Shown here: positions 36,979 to 46,479 of the stretch, in pieces | Layout of the letters: every line of letters starts with the position of its first letter | How positions within the stretch are numbered: the stretch's first letter is position 1 | Origin: Candidatus Omnitrophota bacterium | GTDB lineage: Bacteria > Omnitrophota > Gorgyraeia > Zapsychrales > Zapsychraceae | Assembly: GCA_016931055.1 (NCBI GenBank) | Contig: JAFGFL010000050.1 | Span: forward strand, 1,535-65,534 | Direction of reading: 5' to 3' | Length of the DNA: 64,000 nucleotides | Made by a program: the position numbers and the translations under genes | Notes under the pieces: model-generated | Databases searched by the model: none | What the model was told of the DNA's origin: nothing | The model's input: the letters and a program-made list of their open reading frames with translations, nothing else

Positions 36979-37659
36979 TCAGCCTTCTTTACAATTGTTC
37001 CTTACAAACAATAACGGAAAAACGATGTCGCTTACACAACAAGGAATCCAGACCGCTAAAAATAAAAATAAAAAGATTAAGGTATAGGAGAACCAATTTA
37101 AAATCTCCCCTTTCGCCATGATGATATGAAACAAAGACGCCCAGGTGCTTAATAATACATGGAGGCTATGAGGAAATTTTGTTGTCGGTTTACAATAAGC
37201 TACTGTTATTCCTAGAATTGCCAAAGGATTAACTAACCACCATTTTTCGATAAACCCAAGGTGTATGCGTTTATTAGGCATATTAAGAAGGGATTCAGCG
37301 ACATAAGGAATCAGAGAATCGCTTATGGTAGCAATACCAACAGATCCAATATAGCCAATTATGGTTAAACTCCAGAAGTTACATTGCCCTTTAACACAGT
37401 TACTTCCTATGCGAGAGCATGTATGAAGTTTATACATTGCCGCGGTAACCAGAGCGCTTAAGAACACATGAAGAGGATGCAGGACGTAAAAAATATTATA
37501 TGAAAACTTATCGGGCAATTTTAGTGAAAATGCCATAATGACTATCCCTGTCATCGTGCCCAATATTGTGAAAGGCGCGTGCCTTCTTAATTCCACTAAA
37601 ATCTGTTTCCCCATTTTCCTGCTTCCAAGTGAAGTATCACACTTTGATAGTTTCCCCAA
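36979..37659 (-). CDS. Hypothetical polytopic membrane protein (about 6 TM)
   Basis: Hydrophobic helices and an HPLHVFLSALVTAAMY motif. An alternative start lies at the second MGKQ (37614). Function unknown. Confidence 0.5.
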   Translation of the reverse strand: MGKLSKCDTSLGSRKMGKQILVELRRHAPFTILGTMTGIVIMAFSLKLPDKFSYNIFYVLHPLHVFLSALVTAAMYKLHTCSRIGSNCVKGQCNFWSLTIIGYIGSVGIATISDSLIPYVAESLLNMPNKRIHLGFIEKWWLVNPLAILGITVAYCKPTTKFPHSLHVLLSTWASLFHIIMAKGEILNWFSYTLIFLFLFLAVWIPCCVSDIVFPLLFVRNNCKEG

Positions 37660-38347
37660 CTTTTATCTCAACAAATTTATCTTTGTATTCCTTTTTAAAA
37701 AACTCTATGGCGGTCTTTCCTGTGCAATGAGTCGGACCGACTTTCTCTATCTCCATGTCTCTAAATTTATTAATAATATCCTTGATAGTCTTTGTGTGTT
37801 TCCCCATCAGATGAAATCCCCCGATGACCAAGTATATTTTTTCAGGAATATTTTGTTTTACATTTTCAATGATCTTGACGATCCCCGGGTGCGCGCAACC
37901 GGTAAGGATCACCAGCCCTCTGGCTGTCTTTAAAATCAACGCCTGCTCAGGCATGTATCGTAAAAGGTACCAGCCCTCTATCTCACCTGTGGTGTAGACA
38001 TTGTCATCGATAAGCGTCAACCGATCTGCTTCCGTTAACAGCCCGCCATAAGATTTAACTTTGTTTTTGAATCGCCTGCCAAAATGAGGGCAGGAATAAA
38101 TTTTAATCTTGTGATTTTCTTCCAAAAGTTTCCACAAACCATTTTTGTGATCCCAATGGTCATGAGAAATGACGACAACCTTGATCTTATTAATATCCAC
38201 GCTTAAGTACTTCATATTTTCAATAAGCCATGTCCCTTTTTCTCCCGTATCAAACAAAATTTTATCATCAACCAAGAATGAAACACCCCATCCGGTATGC
38301 AGGTTTTTATTGTAGCTGTCTTTATCAAAAAGGATTTTTATGTTCAT
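37637..38347 (-). CDS. MBL-fold metallo-hydrolase
   Basis: VVISHDHWDH (HxHxDH-type) motif. Start taken at MNIKILF, preceded by AAGGGGA. The track ORF starts at 38368. Confidence 0.75.
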   Translation of the reverse strand: MNIKILFDKDSYNKNLHTGWGVSFLVDDKILFDTGEKGTWLIENMKYLSVDINKIKVVVISHDHWDHKNGLWKLLEENHKIKIYSCPHFGRRFKNKVKSYGGLLTEADRLTLIDDNVYTTGEIEGWYLLRYMPEQALILKTARGLVILTGCAHPGIVKIIENVKQNIPEKIYLVIGGFHLMGKHTKTIKDIINKFRDMEIEKVGPTHCTGKTAIEFFKKEYKDKFVEIKVGETIKV

Positions 38348-38861
38348 TTTTATCCCCTTTTTTAACATTCGTACCGCGCGTTAATTCTCCCTGCCCCTGT
38401 ATCTTCAGTTTAAGTTTTTCGAACAACGTTAAATAATCGATGATCAATTTCCCGTTCAAATGATCTATTTCGTGCTGAAGCACTCTGGCCATAAGCCCTT
38501 TTGTCTTGACTTCGATGGCTCTTCCTTTTTCATTTAAACCGCTTACGATAACTTCATCTGGCCTGTCTACGGCAACGCCTACGCCGGGAATGCTTAAGCA
38601 GCCTTCTTCCATCTGATCTAAACCTTTTGATTTTAGAATAATCGGGTTCGCAAGTTTGATCGCGCCTTCACCGATGTCTGCGACGATTAATCTTTTGGAA
38701 ATGCCTATTTGAGGTGCTGCCAAACCAATTCCCGCAAAATGCCGCATGGTGAAAAGCATCTTTTCAAAAAGAATGGTTTCGCTGTCTGTCATCTCTTGCA
38801 AGCGCACGCATCTTTTTCTTAAAACAACATCCGGATATTTCTTAATGTCTAAGGGTTCCAT
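38325..38861 (-). CDS. def: Peptide deformylase
   Basis: GIGLAAPQIG, EGCLS and QHEIDHLNG motifs. Confidence 0.92.
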   Translation of the reverse strand: MEPLDIKKYPDVVLRKRCVRLQEMTDSETILFEKMLFTMRHFAGIGLAAPQIGISKRLIVADIGEGAIKLANPIILKSKGLDQMEEGCLSIPGVGVAVDRPDEVIVSGLNEKGRAIEVKTKGLMARVLQHEIDHLNGKLIIDYLTLFEKLKLKIQGQGELTRGTNVKKGDKNEHKNPF

Positions 38862-39208
38862 TCTTTTATTTTGTTCTTATCATCCAATATTAAAATCTGC
38901 GGTTTTATCAACTGAGCCTCGCCATCTTTCGCTAAAACGTATGATAGGATGCAAATCATGTCCCCCGATTCTGCCTGCCGCGCTGCCGGGCCATAGAGAG
39001 CGATGATCCCGCTGTTTTGTTCCTCTTCAATTACATATGTCTCAAACCGTGCGCCGTTGTTAAAATTGACAACCTGGACTTTTTCGTTCGCCAGGATCTT
39101 GCTTTTTAACAAAAGGGCTTTATCAATGCCGATGCTGCCTTCATAGTAAAGCTCCCTCTTGTTGACTATGGCCTTATGAATTTTAGACTTCAGTATCTCT
39201 CTGAACAT
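38849..39208 (-). CDS. panD: Aspartate 1-decarboxylase
   Basis: Starts MFREILKSKIHKAIV..., with the YEGSIGID self-cleavage G-S site. Confidence 0.9.
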   Translation of the reverse strand: MFREILKSKIHKAIVNKRELYYEGSIGIDKALLLKSKILANEKVQVVNFNNGARFETYVIEEEQNSGIIALYGPAARQAESGDMICILSYVLAKDGEAQLIKPQILILDDKNKIKEWNP

Positions 39209-39210
39209 TG

Positions 39211-39993
39211 TTATGACTTAATCTTGCCTCTTCTTTTTAGTGTATCTTCATCACTGATCGGTTTAATTTTCTTGGTTTCAGCCCTATAAACAGAAATAGT
39301 TTTTAGTCCGTTAAAATAACCCTCTATCCTGTCGATTTCTTGCCTGGATAAAGGTTTAACGTCGCAGGGCCTAAGCGGAGTATTGATCTGGACTTCATCG
39401 GGGTTGATTTCTTTGGCAATCTGAGCAATCTCTTGGGCATATTTTCTGTTCTGCTCAATAAACATAATCTGTAATGCCAGCTTCTTTTTAAACATCTGCC
39501 GAAATGTTTTTATGCCGTCAATGACGCGTTCGAAACTGATATCCGGCATAGGTTGATTTATTTTCTTAAAAACGGCCTGGGTCGGCGCGTCCAATTTCGC
39601 GATAACAAAATCAGTCAAAACTAAATCTTCTCTTACGCCTTTATTATCCAATAAAGAAGAATTCGTAATCACGGCAATGTGTTCGCGCCTGATTTGTCTA
39701 ATCGCTTTGACCATCTCGCCTAAATTTTCCGCCAATGTCGGCTCCCCTGCCCCTGAAAACGTTAAATAATCTATCTTCATCGGCGGCAATGACTCTAATT
39801 CGTCGATAATCTCCCGGGTTTCGATAAATTTTCTTCTCTCATTAGTGAAAAATCCCGTTTTGCCGATTTGACAGTAAACGCAATCAAAGCTGCAGATTTT
39901 TCTTCCTTTCGAGACAGGATCTATGCCTAACGAAGAACCCAACCGCCAAGACGGAACCGGACCATAAATATATTTATATTTTTTATTTTGCAT
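39211..39993 (-). CDS. Radical SAM protein (unknown substrate)
   Basis: CSFDCVYCQ motif and a GAGEPTL glycine motif; 260 aa. Confidence 0.75.
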   Translation of the reverse strand: MQNKKYKYIYGPVPSWRLGSSLGIDPVSKGRKICSFDCVYCQIGKTGFFTNERRKFIETREIIDELESLPPMKIDYLTFSGAGEPTLAENLGEMVKAIRQIRREHIAVITNSSLLDNKGVREDLVLTDFVIAKLDAPTQAVFKKINQPMPDISFERVIDGIKTFRQMFKKKLALQIMFIEQNRKYAQEIAQIAKEINPDEVQINTPLRPCDVKPLSRQEIDRIEGYFNGLKTISVYRAETKKIKPISDEDTLKRRGKIKS

Positions 39994-39995
39994 TA

Positions 39996-40823
39996 TTAAA
40001 TCTTCTCTTTGCTCAGTGCAACTTCAATCTTTTTAATAATTTCAATAAACGCCTTGGCTGCATCCGATTCCTTTTTAAAGGACACAAACGGCTTGCCGCT
40101 GTCGGCCAAGGCCACCAACTCCGGGTCTAGCGGAATCCTGCCCAAAAACGGGACATTCAATTCTTGCGCAGCCCTTTCTCCCCCTCCGCTTTTAAAAATA
40201 TCAACTTCATGACGGCAATGCGGGCATATAAAACCGCTCATATTCTCGATAACGCCGATAACCGGGATATGCAGTTCTTTCGCGAAAAGGACACTTTTTC
40301 TCGCGTCTAAAACAGCCACATCCTGAGGAGTCGTAACAATCACCGCTCCGGCAATTCCCGGAATAAGCTGGCACACGCTTAATGGCTCATCCCCTGTGCC
40401 CGGAGGAGAATCGACAACCAAATAATCCAGAACCCCCCAATTTACGTCGCTTAAAAATTGCCGGATTGCCAAAGCCTTCATCGGCCCGCGCCAAATGACC
40501 GGCCGGTCACGGTCCATTCCGGTCAAAGCCAAACTGACCGCCTTCAGATGAGAGGCAGCTTCTACCGGCTCAATACCCAAATCAGTGGTTGTCAGGGACG
40601 CTTGTTCAATCCCAAGCATTTTGGCAATGTTAGGCCCATGCAAATCCGCGTCCAGAAGGCCGACCTCCCGCCCAAAGGAAGCCAGCGCATAGGATAAATT
40701 GACCGCGACCGAAGTCTTCCCAACCCCGCCTTTTCCGCTCATGACGATCAATTTATGTTTGATCCTCGGCATCTTTTCTTTCAAGCGCCGATCTTGTTCT
40801 TCCATTAAATTCTGCTGATTCAT
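39996..40823 (-). CDS. Mrp/NBP35/ApbC-family Fe-S cluster carrier ATPase
   Basis: MSGKGGVGKTS Walker A and the cluster-bridging CPHC motif (GFICPHCRHE). Start taken at MNQQNLM. Confidence 0.8.
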   Translation of the reverse strand: MNQQNLMEEQDRRLKEKMPRIKHKLIVMSGKGGVGKTSVAVNLSYALASFGREVGLLDADLHGPNIAKMLGIEQASLTTTDLGIEPVEAASHLKAVSLALTGMDRDRPVIWRGPMKALAIRQFLSDVNWGVLDYLVVDSPPGTGDEPLSVCQLIPGIAGAVIVTTPQDVAVLDARKSVLFAKELHIPVIGVIENMSGFICPHCRHEVDIFKSGGGERAAQELNVPFLGRIPLDPELVALADSGKPFVSFKKESDAAKAFIEIIKKIEVALSKEKI

Positions 40824-40836
40824 TCTCTCTCTTTCG

Positions 40837-42477
40837 CTATTTGATCGATATGCCCAACAACGCAGGATTAACAAGAAGAACCAGCCCTAGGAGGATCATG
40901 ATTATCCCGCCGATATACTTCATAATTTCCACCTGGCGCTGGGTGACATGCGCCGCTTTAAAGGTGTGGATGATCATAAACACAATAACCGCCAAAGGAA
41001 GGACATAGACAATATTGTAATAAATTAAATACAGGTAATATTGCCATGTGTTTTCCAATCCTTTTCCTGTCAAAATGCCGGTATAAATAATCGGGAACCC
41101 TGCGGTGCAGAGCAATTCTATCAAAGAAGAAAATACCGCAAGGCTAATCGATGCCCCCAAAAGGACAAACAAAGACCCCTTTTCAATATGGGAACGAAGG
41201 TCTCGCATCTTTTGAAACAACGGCCCCTTGTGCTGGTCCTGAATAGTGAGGCTGACCCCTTTCTTAAAGAACAGGATCTCTTTGCAGTTGATGGTCCCGG
41301 CGATCAAAGCAATGAGCGCTAAGGCAATCCTTAACGGCGTCACAAACCCCATATATTTAAAAACATTCAGCCAGGCCGCCATAAACAGAAAATAAAAAAG
41401 AAAGACAACAAAAACGAAGCAGAATCCCACCAGATAAAGCCTTTGCCGGGTACTGGAGGTCGAGACCAATAATCCCAAAAGGCAGGTCAGGACAAACATG
41501 TTGCAGGGATTAAAACCGTCGACCAGGCCAATCAAGAAAGTAAAAAGAGGCAACGGCATGGTGTAACCGCTTTTCTCAATTAAATCCGGCGGCACTCTGC
41601 CCGCGAGAATGAAAAACAAGGCCAACCCAAGGACAGATCCCCCGACAACAATACTGTCCTTAATTTTTGCCCCCAGTCGGAATTTTATCTTCCATCCTGT
41701 CGACGTGCGGACTGCCTCAAAAAATGTGAAAAGGATCCCCATCAAGATTAAAAGAACAAATATCCCGGCAATCACCCTTGAGATGTCCTCTCCCTTTGTC
41801 ACCGACAGAGGCTCGCCGTTCCATTGTAAAACCCAATCGCCAATCTTAACTGCATATTGAAAATCAATCTTGCCTTGCGAGATTTCAAAGGGCATTGCCT
41901 CGACTGTTTCGAATTCAGTTCCCCGCAAAGCATCGGAAATATCCGCGGCCGCCGCCAATCGATGCAAAACCCGGTTTTCTCCCTGAAGGGAATTCCCCGC
42001 CATTAACACACGGTTCTTTGTCCAAATATTCACCCGGCCTGAAAGCCGCGTAATATCCAATTCCTCAAATGCCTTGCTTGAGCCGTCGGGCAAAGCGCAC
42101 TCGGAAATGCCGCTGTGAACGATCTCTTCTGCCGCTTTAAGAACCTCAATACGTCCGACAGCTGTCTTTCTGTCCCCCCAAATAAGAAAAGGAACACCCG
42201 GACGCCGAAAAGGAATAAATTCCTGAAAATATCCATTCTTGACTTCCGTATTATCCTGCCGGGCTTTGTAAATTTCGTATTCTAAAATGACCAAACGGGG
42301 GTTAACGGCCGTCGCTTCCGTAAAAAGCATCGGGTCAGTCACCGCGCAATTGCTGCAACCGTTGCCGGTAATATAAACAGCGCACAATGCCTTATCCGTT
42401 TTCTCTTGAGCATGAGCCAGAGACGAACCAGCCGCACAAAAAAGAAATACAAACCAGATCTGAAGGAATCTTTTCAT
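40837..42477 (-). CDS. Membrane protein: periplasmic CxxC (thioredoxin-like) domain fused to a DsbD/CcdA-like transmembrane core
   Basis: Signal peptide, then GNGCSNCAV, then a multi-TM region with LVDGFNPCNMFVL and ELLCTAGFP (the two CcdA-type membrane Cys). Confidence 0.6.
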   Translation of the reverse strand: MKRFLQIWFVFLFCAAGSSLAHAQEKTDKALCAVYITGNGCSNCAVTDPMLFTEATAVNPRLVILEYEIYKARQDNTEVKNGYFQEFIPFRRPGVPFLIWGDRKTAVGRIEVLKAAEEIVHSGISECALPDGSSKAFEELDITRLSGRVNIWTKNRVLMAGNSLQGENRVLHRLAAAADISDALRGTEFETVEAMPFEISQGKIDFQYAVKIGDWVLQWNGEPLSVTKGEDISRVIAGIFVLLILMGILFTFFEAVRTSTGWKIKFRLGAKIKDSIVVGGSVLGLALFFILAGRVPPDLIEKSGYTMPLPLFTFLIGLVDGFNPCNMFVLTCLLGLLVSTSSTRQRLYLVGFCFVFVVFLFYFLFMAAWLNVFKYMGFVTPLRIALALIALIAGTINCKEILFFKKGVSLTIQDQHKGPLFQKMRDLRSHIEKGSLFVLLGASISLAVFSSLIELLCTAGFPIIYTGILTGKGLENTWQYYLYLIYYNIVYVLPLAVIVFMIIHTFKAAHVTQRQVEIMKYIGGIIMILLGLVLLVNPALLGISIK

Positions 42478-42498
42478 TTGAATAGTCCACCCCCTTCC

Positions 42499-42924
42499 TC
42501 AATACTTTAAAAGATACTCTGCGATCGCATGATAAAGCGTACTGACGGCAAGAATAGAACAATGCCGATGATTTTCGGGAAGATCGCCCAGTCTCTCCAG
42601 GATGTCTCCGGCTGAAATTTTCAATGCCTGTTGAATGGGCTTTCCCGCAATCAGGCTGGCGGCCACGACCGCGCAGGCTTTGGTCGGTCCACAGCCGTCG
42701 GTATAACACTTTACATCTTTAATAATGTCTTGATCGATGACAAGATAAAATTCCATCGAGTCCCCGCAAGGGCCCCGCAACCGGGCATGACTCGTAAAAT
42801 CCATTAACCGGCCCAGAAATTCTTGGTTCTCCATAAAGCAAAGATAAAATTGAGGCATTTTTTCCTGCTGCGCATCAACTTTTTCTTTCATGGATGCCCT
42901 AAACTCCTTTCTATCCTTGACCAA
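42499..42924 (-). CDS. IscU/NifU-N-like Fe-S scaffold protein
   Basis: GPCGDSM, DGCGPTKAC and HRHCS cluster-ligand motifs. Confidence 0.8.
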   Translation of the reverse strand: MVKDRKEFRASMKEKVDAQQEKMPQFYLCFMENQEFLGRLMDFTSHARLRGPCGDSMEFYLVIDQDIIKDVKCYTDGCGPTKACAVVAASLIAGKPIQQALKISAGDILERLGDLPENHRHCSILAVSTLYHAIAEYLLKY

Positions 42925-43754
42925 ATGGCTTTTATGGCGTCCGTTGTCCCATTACTGCAAAATGCCACCGGCGGGACGCCTTGGACAACAGCTTTGGTGA
43001 TATCGTGCGAAAACGGGATCTCCCCCACGGCATCAACACTGTTCTGGGCACAAAAATTCCTGACCTTGCTCGTATATTCCAGATTTAAATCATATTTATT
43101 AATCACGACCTGAGTTCTAACTTTAAATTGATGTGCGGTCTCCCAGACCCGCTTAAGATCGTGCAGCCCGGAAACCGTCGGCTCTGTCACGATGATAGCT
43201 AAGTCTACCCCGGATAACGAGGCAATCACCGGACATCCTATCCCCGGAGGGCCATCAATAATCACATAATCGCAGCCATTTCTTTCCGCTAATTCTTTGG
43301 CCACCTGCCTGATCTTGGCCACAAGTTTTCCTGAATTTTCCTCGGCAACACCCAGCTTCGCATGAACAAAAGGCCCATAACGCGTTTGTGAAACAAACCA
43401 CTCGCCGGCGATATTCTCCTTCATCCGAATCGCCCCGCGCGGACAAAGCTCGTGACATAAGCCGCACCCTTCACAGGAGAACGGCTCAACAACAAAATCC
43501 GGCTTTATGGCCCCAAATCTGCACACCGACATACATCTTCCGCATTGTTTACACAGGCTTTTATCAATAACCGCCGTCTGACCGCCTTTGAATTCATGGC
43601 GCTCTTTGATATCCGGATGCAACAACAGGTGCAAATCCGCCGCATCCACATCGCAGTCAACCATAACTTTATTTTTCACAAGAACGGCCAGAGACCCCGT
43701 GAGAACGGTCTTTCCTGTCCCTCCCTTGCCACTGATGACCAACAAAGTCTTCAT
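42888..43754 (-). CDS. MinD/ParA-superfamily P-loop ATPase with inserted 2x[4Fe-4S] ferredoxin domain
   Basis: SGKGGTGKT Walker A, with CKQCGRCMSVC and CEGCGLCHELCP motifs. Start at MKTLLVI (TAATG overlap with the tauE stop). Confidence 0.8.
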   Translation of the reverse strand: MKTLLVISGKGGTGKTVLTGSLAVLVKNKVMVDCDVDAADLHLLLHPDIKERHEFKGGQTAVIDKSLCKQCGRCMSVCRFGAIKPDFVVEPFSCEGCGLCHELCPRGAIRMKENIAGEWFVSQTRYGPFVHAKLGVAEENSGKLVAKIRQVAKELAERNGCDYVIIDGPPGIGCPVIASLSGVDLAIIVTEPTVSGLHDLKRVWETAHQFKVRTQVVINKYDLNLEYTSKVRNFCAQNSVDAVGEIPFSHDITKAVVQGVPPVAFCSNGTTDAIKAIWSRIERSLGHP

Positions 43755-44560
43755 TAAATGTGCACTCCCCAAAAAAGAAAAATATACTTCAAGGCAATGT
43801 ATAAAAAAATCAAACCGAACAACAGTTTGAGCGATGCCGCGGGAAATCCCTTATTCCAGACGGCCCCGATATACGCGCCGATCATCGTCCCTGCGCAGAG
43901 AATAATGGCCTTATCCACTAAAACAAAACCCTGAAAAAACTTATATGCCGAACTTATAAAAGCATTCACCGCAAAGCAAACCAGGGATGAGCCGATGGCA
44001 ACTTTAATGGGCCGTTTAAGACAATAATTAAACGCGGGGACCAACACGGCGCCTGTCCCAATACCAAAAAGGCCGGGCAGCATTCCCGACACGGCACCCA
44101 CAGATATTTTGGCTAGATAGCTGCCATTTTCGGATCTATCGTCCGTCTCCGATGGCCCTTGAATTTTGCCTATCCCTTCGCCGATCATGCGCAGCGATAT
44201 AACCAAAAAAACACAACCTATCCCCAGTTCAAGCCACGCCGGTTTTTTGGCGATTAACATAAACAAATGAGAAAACAAGGCGGTCGAGAACGCCCCAGCC
44301 GTCATGATCGGGACTAATGACCGTGTGTCGACATGCCCCAATTTAATATGCTTGTACCCTCCGCTAAGGGTTGTACAAAAGACCGCAACCGCTGTCGTTC
44401 CTGCCGCAAACGGGGTTGATATGCCGAAAAGGAAACACAGAACCGGCATAATAACCACTCCGCCGCCAATCCCTAAAAGCCCGCCTAATATTCCGGCGGC
44501 AACGGCACTCCCAAATAACACCAAAGGTTCAAACATAGGGCTATATGTCTTTGTGGGCAA
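43754..44560 (-). CDS. TauE/SafE-family anion permease
   Basis: 268 aa, 8 TM. It has a duplicated 4-TM pattern with GIGGG / GIGTG motifs. Confidence 0.7.
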   Translation of the reverse strand: MPTKTYSPMFEPLVLFGSAVAAGILGGLLGIGGGVVIMPVLCFLFGISTPFAAGTTAVAVFCTTLSGGYKHIKLGHVDTRSLVPIMTAGAFSTALFSHLFMLIAKKPAWLELGIGCVFLVISLRMIGEGIGKIQGPSETDDRSENGSYLAKISVGAVSGMLPGLFGIGTGAVLVPAFNYCLKRPIKVAIGSSLVCFAVNAFISSAYKFFQGFVLVDKAIILCAGTMIGAYIGAVWNKGFPAASLKLLFGLIFLYIALKYIFLFWGVHI

Positions 44561-44996
44561 CAGCTTTCATGACGTTTTTGTACCAGCCGACTCGAATCCC
44601 CTTTTTAAGATCAAAAAACGGATTGTAAGATTTGATATCTAACAGCGGCGTGCCGTCGAGCATATCAACATGCTTGATGATCAAACGGTTTTTGTCCCGC
44701 CGGATTAATTTGACGATACTGATTCCAATCTGATTAGGACGACGGTTATAGTGGCTGGCAAAGATCCCCCTTTCGTGTTTATCCAGATAAGGTTTCGTTT
44801 TAAGTTTGTATCCCCTTGATTTATGAAAGCGATAGATCAACAGGATATGCGAAAATCCTTCAATATCGCTCAACCCTTCTTCATATTTCTTGAAAACTTC
44901 GACTGTACCGACCACCTTTGATCTAAAAGGCTGGATGGGTGTTTCTTTTTTGCATTTAAACGGGGTGTGAATGACGCCGATCGGAATAAGTCTCAT
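44541..44996 (-). CDS. TsaA/YaeB (TrmO)-like SAM-binding protein
   Basis: Starts MRLIPIGVIHTPF, with RPNQIGISIVKL and DMLDGTPLLDIK motifs. Confidence 0.75.
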   Translation of the reverse strand: MRLIPIGVIHTPFKCKKETPIQPFRSKVVGTVEVFKKYEEGLSDIEGFSHILLIYRFHKSRGYKLKTKPYLDKHERGIFASHYNRRPNQIGISIVKLIRRDKNRLIIKHVDMLDGTPLLDIKSYNPFFDLKKGIRVGWYKNVMKAVAHKDI

Positions 44997-45847
44997 TTAG
45001 CTACTTCCTCCTTAATCATATTAAACATGTCTTTAAACTTCACTGAATATTCTGGTTTCTTTAAGACAAAAGGGATTCCGTTTGAATAGAGTTCGGCAAT
45101 CTCGCGGTCAAAGGGGACACGCATTAAAACAGGGATGCGACTCTCCCGACAATATGATTCCATCTTGTCGTCACCGATATCAGAGCGATTAATAACGACA
45201 CCAAACGGTATCTGTAATTTTTTCAAGACCTCAACAGCTAAAACCAGATCATTCAGCCCAAATGGCGTAGGTTCAGTGACCAATATCGTGTAATCACTGC
45301 CCTTAACCGAAGCAACGACAGGACAAGACGTGCCTGGGGGAGCATCAATAATTACAGTTCTGGTCGAATTGACAAATTCTTTGACCTGGCGAATTAACGG
45401 CGGGGACATCGCTTCTCCGACGTTCAGGCGGCCATGAACAAACTGCACCTGGCCTGCGGAGCCGAGTTCGATTGTCCCGATTTCTTTGGGAATTTCCCTA
45501 ATCGCCCCTTGCGGACAGAGGATAGCGCAGGCCCCGCAGCTGTGGCAAAGATGCGGGAAAAAAAGGACGCCTCCTTTTGATTGTTCTTTCGGAGGAATAA
45601 CCGCAATAGCGTGATAAGCGCAAACCCTTTGGCAATGCCCGCAGAAATTACATCTTTGTTTTTCGACTTCGGGGATAAGGACGGAGGCGCTTCTCGTTTC
45701 TTTTATTTCAGGATGAAGGAATAAATGTGCGTTGGGTTCTTCGACATCACAGTCCAGCACCTGCGCGTTGCCTAAAGCAAGGGCTAAATTAACCGCAATG
45801 GTTGTTTTGCCCGTTCCTCCTTTGCCGCTGGCGACCGAAATAATCAT
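44993..45847 (-). CDS. MinD/ParA-superfamily P-loop ATPase with inserted ferredoxin domain (paralog 2)
   Basis: SGKGGTGKT Walker A, with CNFCGHCQRVC and CHSCGACAILCP motifs. Confidence 0.8.
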   Translation of the reverse strand: MIISVASGKGGTGKTTIAVNLALALGNAQVLDCDVEEPNAHLFLHPEIKETRSASVLIPEVEKQRCNFCGHCQRVCAYHAIAVIPPKEQSKGGVLFFPHLCHSCGACAILCPQGAIREIPKEIGTIELGSAGQVQFVHGRLNVGEAMSPPLIRQVKEFVNSTRTVIIDAPPGTSCPVVASVKGSDYTILVTEPTPFGLNDLVLAVEVLKKLQIPFGVVINRSDIGDDKMESYCRESRIPVLMRVPFDREIAELYSNGIPFVLKKPEYSVKFKDMFNMIKEEVAK

Positions 45848-46455
45848 GGTGTCTTTCTTACAGCAATCAGCACTTCTTGAAATTGCGTCTTTGCGATCCT
45901 TGTCTCAAAATCTTGATTATCTAAATATTTCTGGACATCCGCCAGTCTTGTTTTCCCCGCATCATGCTTTCCGCCCTCCCTCGCATGGATCTTCTCCATC
46001 ATGGCAAATCCCTGATCGGTAAAGTCGCTTAAAATCAATTTCCCGTCGGGAGCAAGCACGCGCAGCAATTCATTGATCACTTGGTAGGGTTCGCAAAGAT
46101 GATGGAGGGTATTCACAGAGAAGATGGCATCAAAACTCTTATCCGCAAAGCTCAACGCTTCCCCGTTTTCGAGGCGAAAATCAACAAAACGCTCAAGCCC
46201 GAAATAACGCAAGTTCAGCCTGGCAAAATCCTGCTCCTCCTTAGAAATATCAAATGTGGTAAAGGAAAAGCCGGCCCGCGCTAAAAGAAGCGCAAAATGG
46301 CCCTTCCCTGTCCCGGCTTCAAGGATCTTTCCTGTAACGGGTAGCGCTGCCTCAATAACAAAACCCCGTTCCTTGTCGATGTCATAGCCGAAATTCTGAT
46401 ATAGCGCTTTGCGCTCAGCATACCTTTCCTGATTTTTTAATGCCTCTTCGTCCAA
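45844..46455 (-). CDS. Class I SAM-dependent methyltransferase
   Basis: ILEAGTGKGHF motif I and FDAIFSVNTLHH motif. Confidence 0.7.
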   Translation of the reverse strand: MDEEALKNQERYAERKALYQNFGYDIDKERGFVIEAALPVTGKILEAGTGKGHFALLLARAGFSFTTFDISKEEQDFARLNLRYFGLERFVDFRLENGEALSFADKSFDAIFSVNTLHHLCEPYQVINELLRVLAPDGKLILSDFTDQGFAMMEKIHAREGGKHDAGKTRLADVQKYLDNQDFETRIAKTQFQEVLIAVRKTP

Positions 46456-46479
46456 ACCGTTCTTGTTCCCTTCCGGCTC

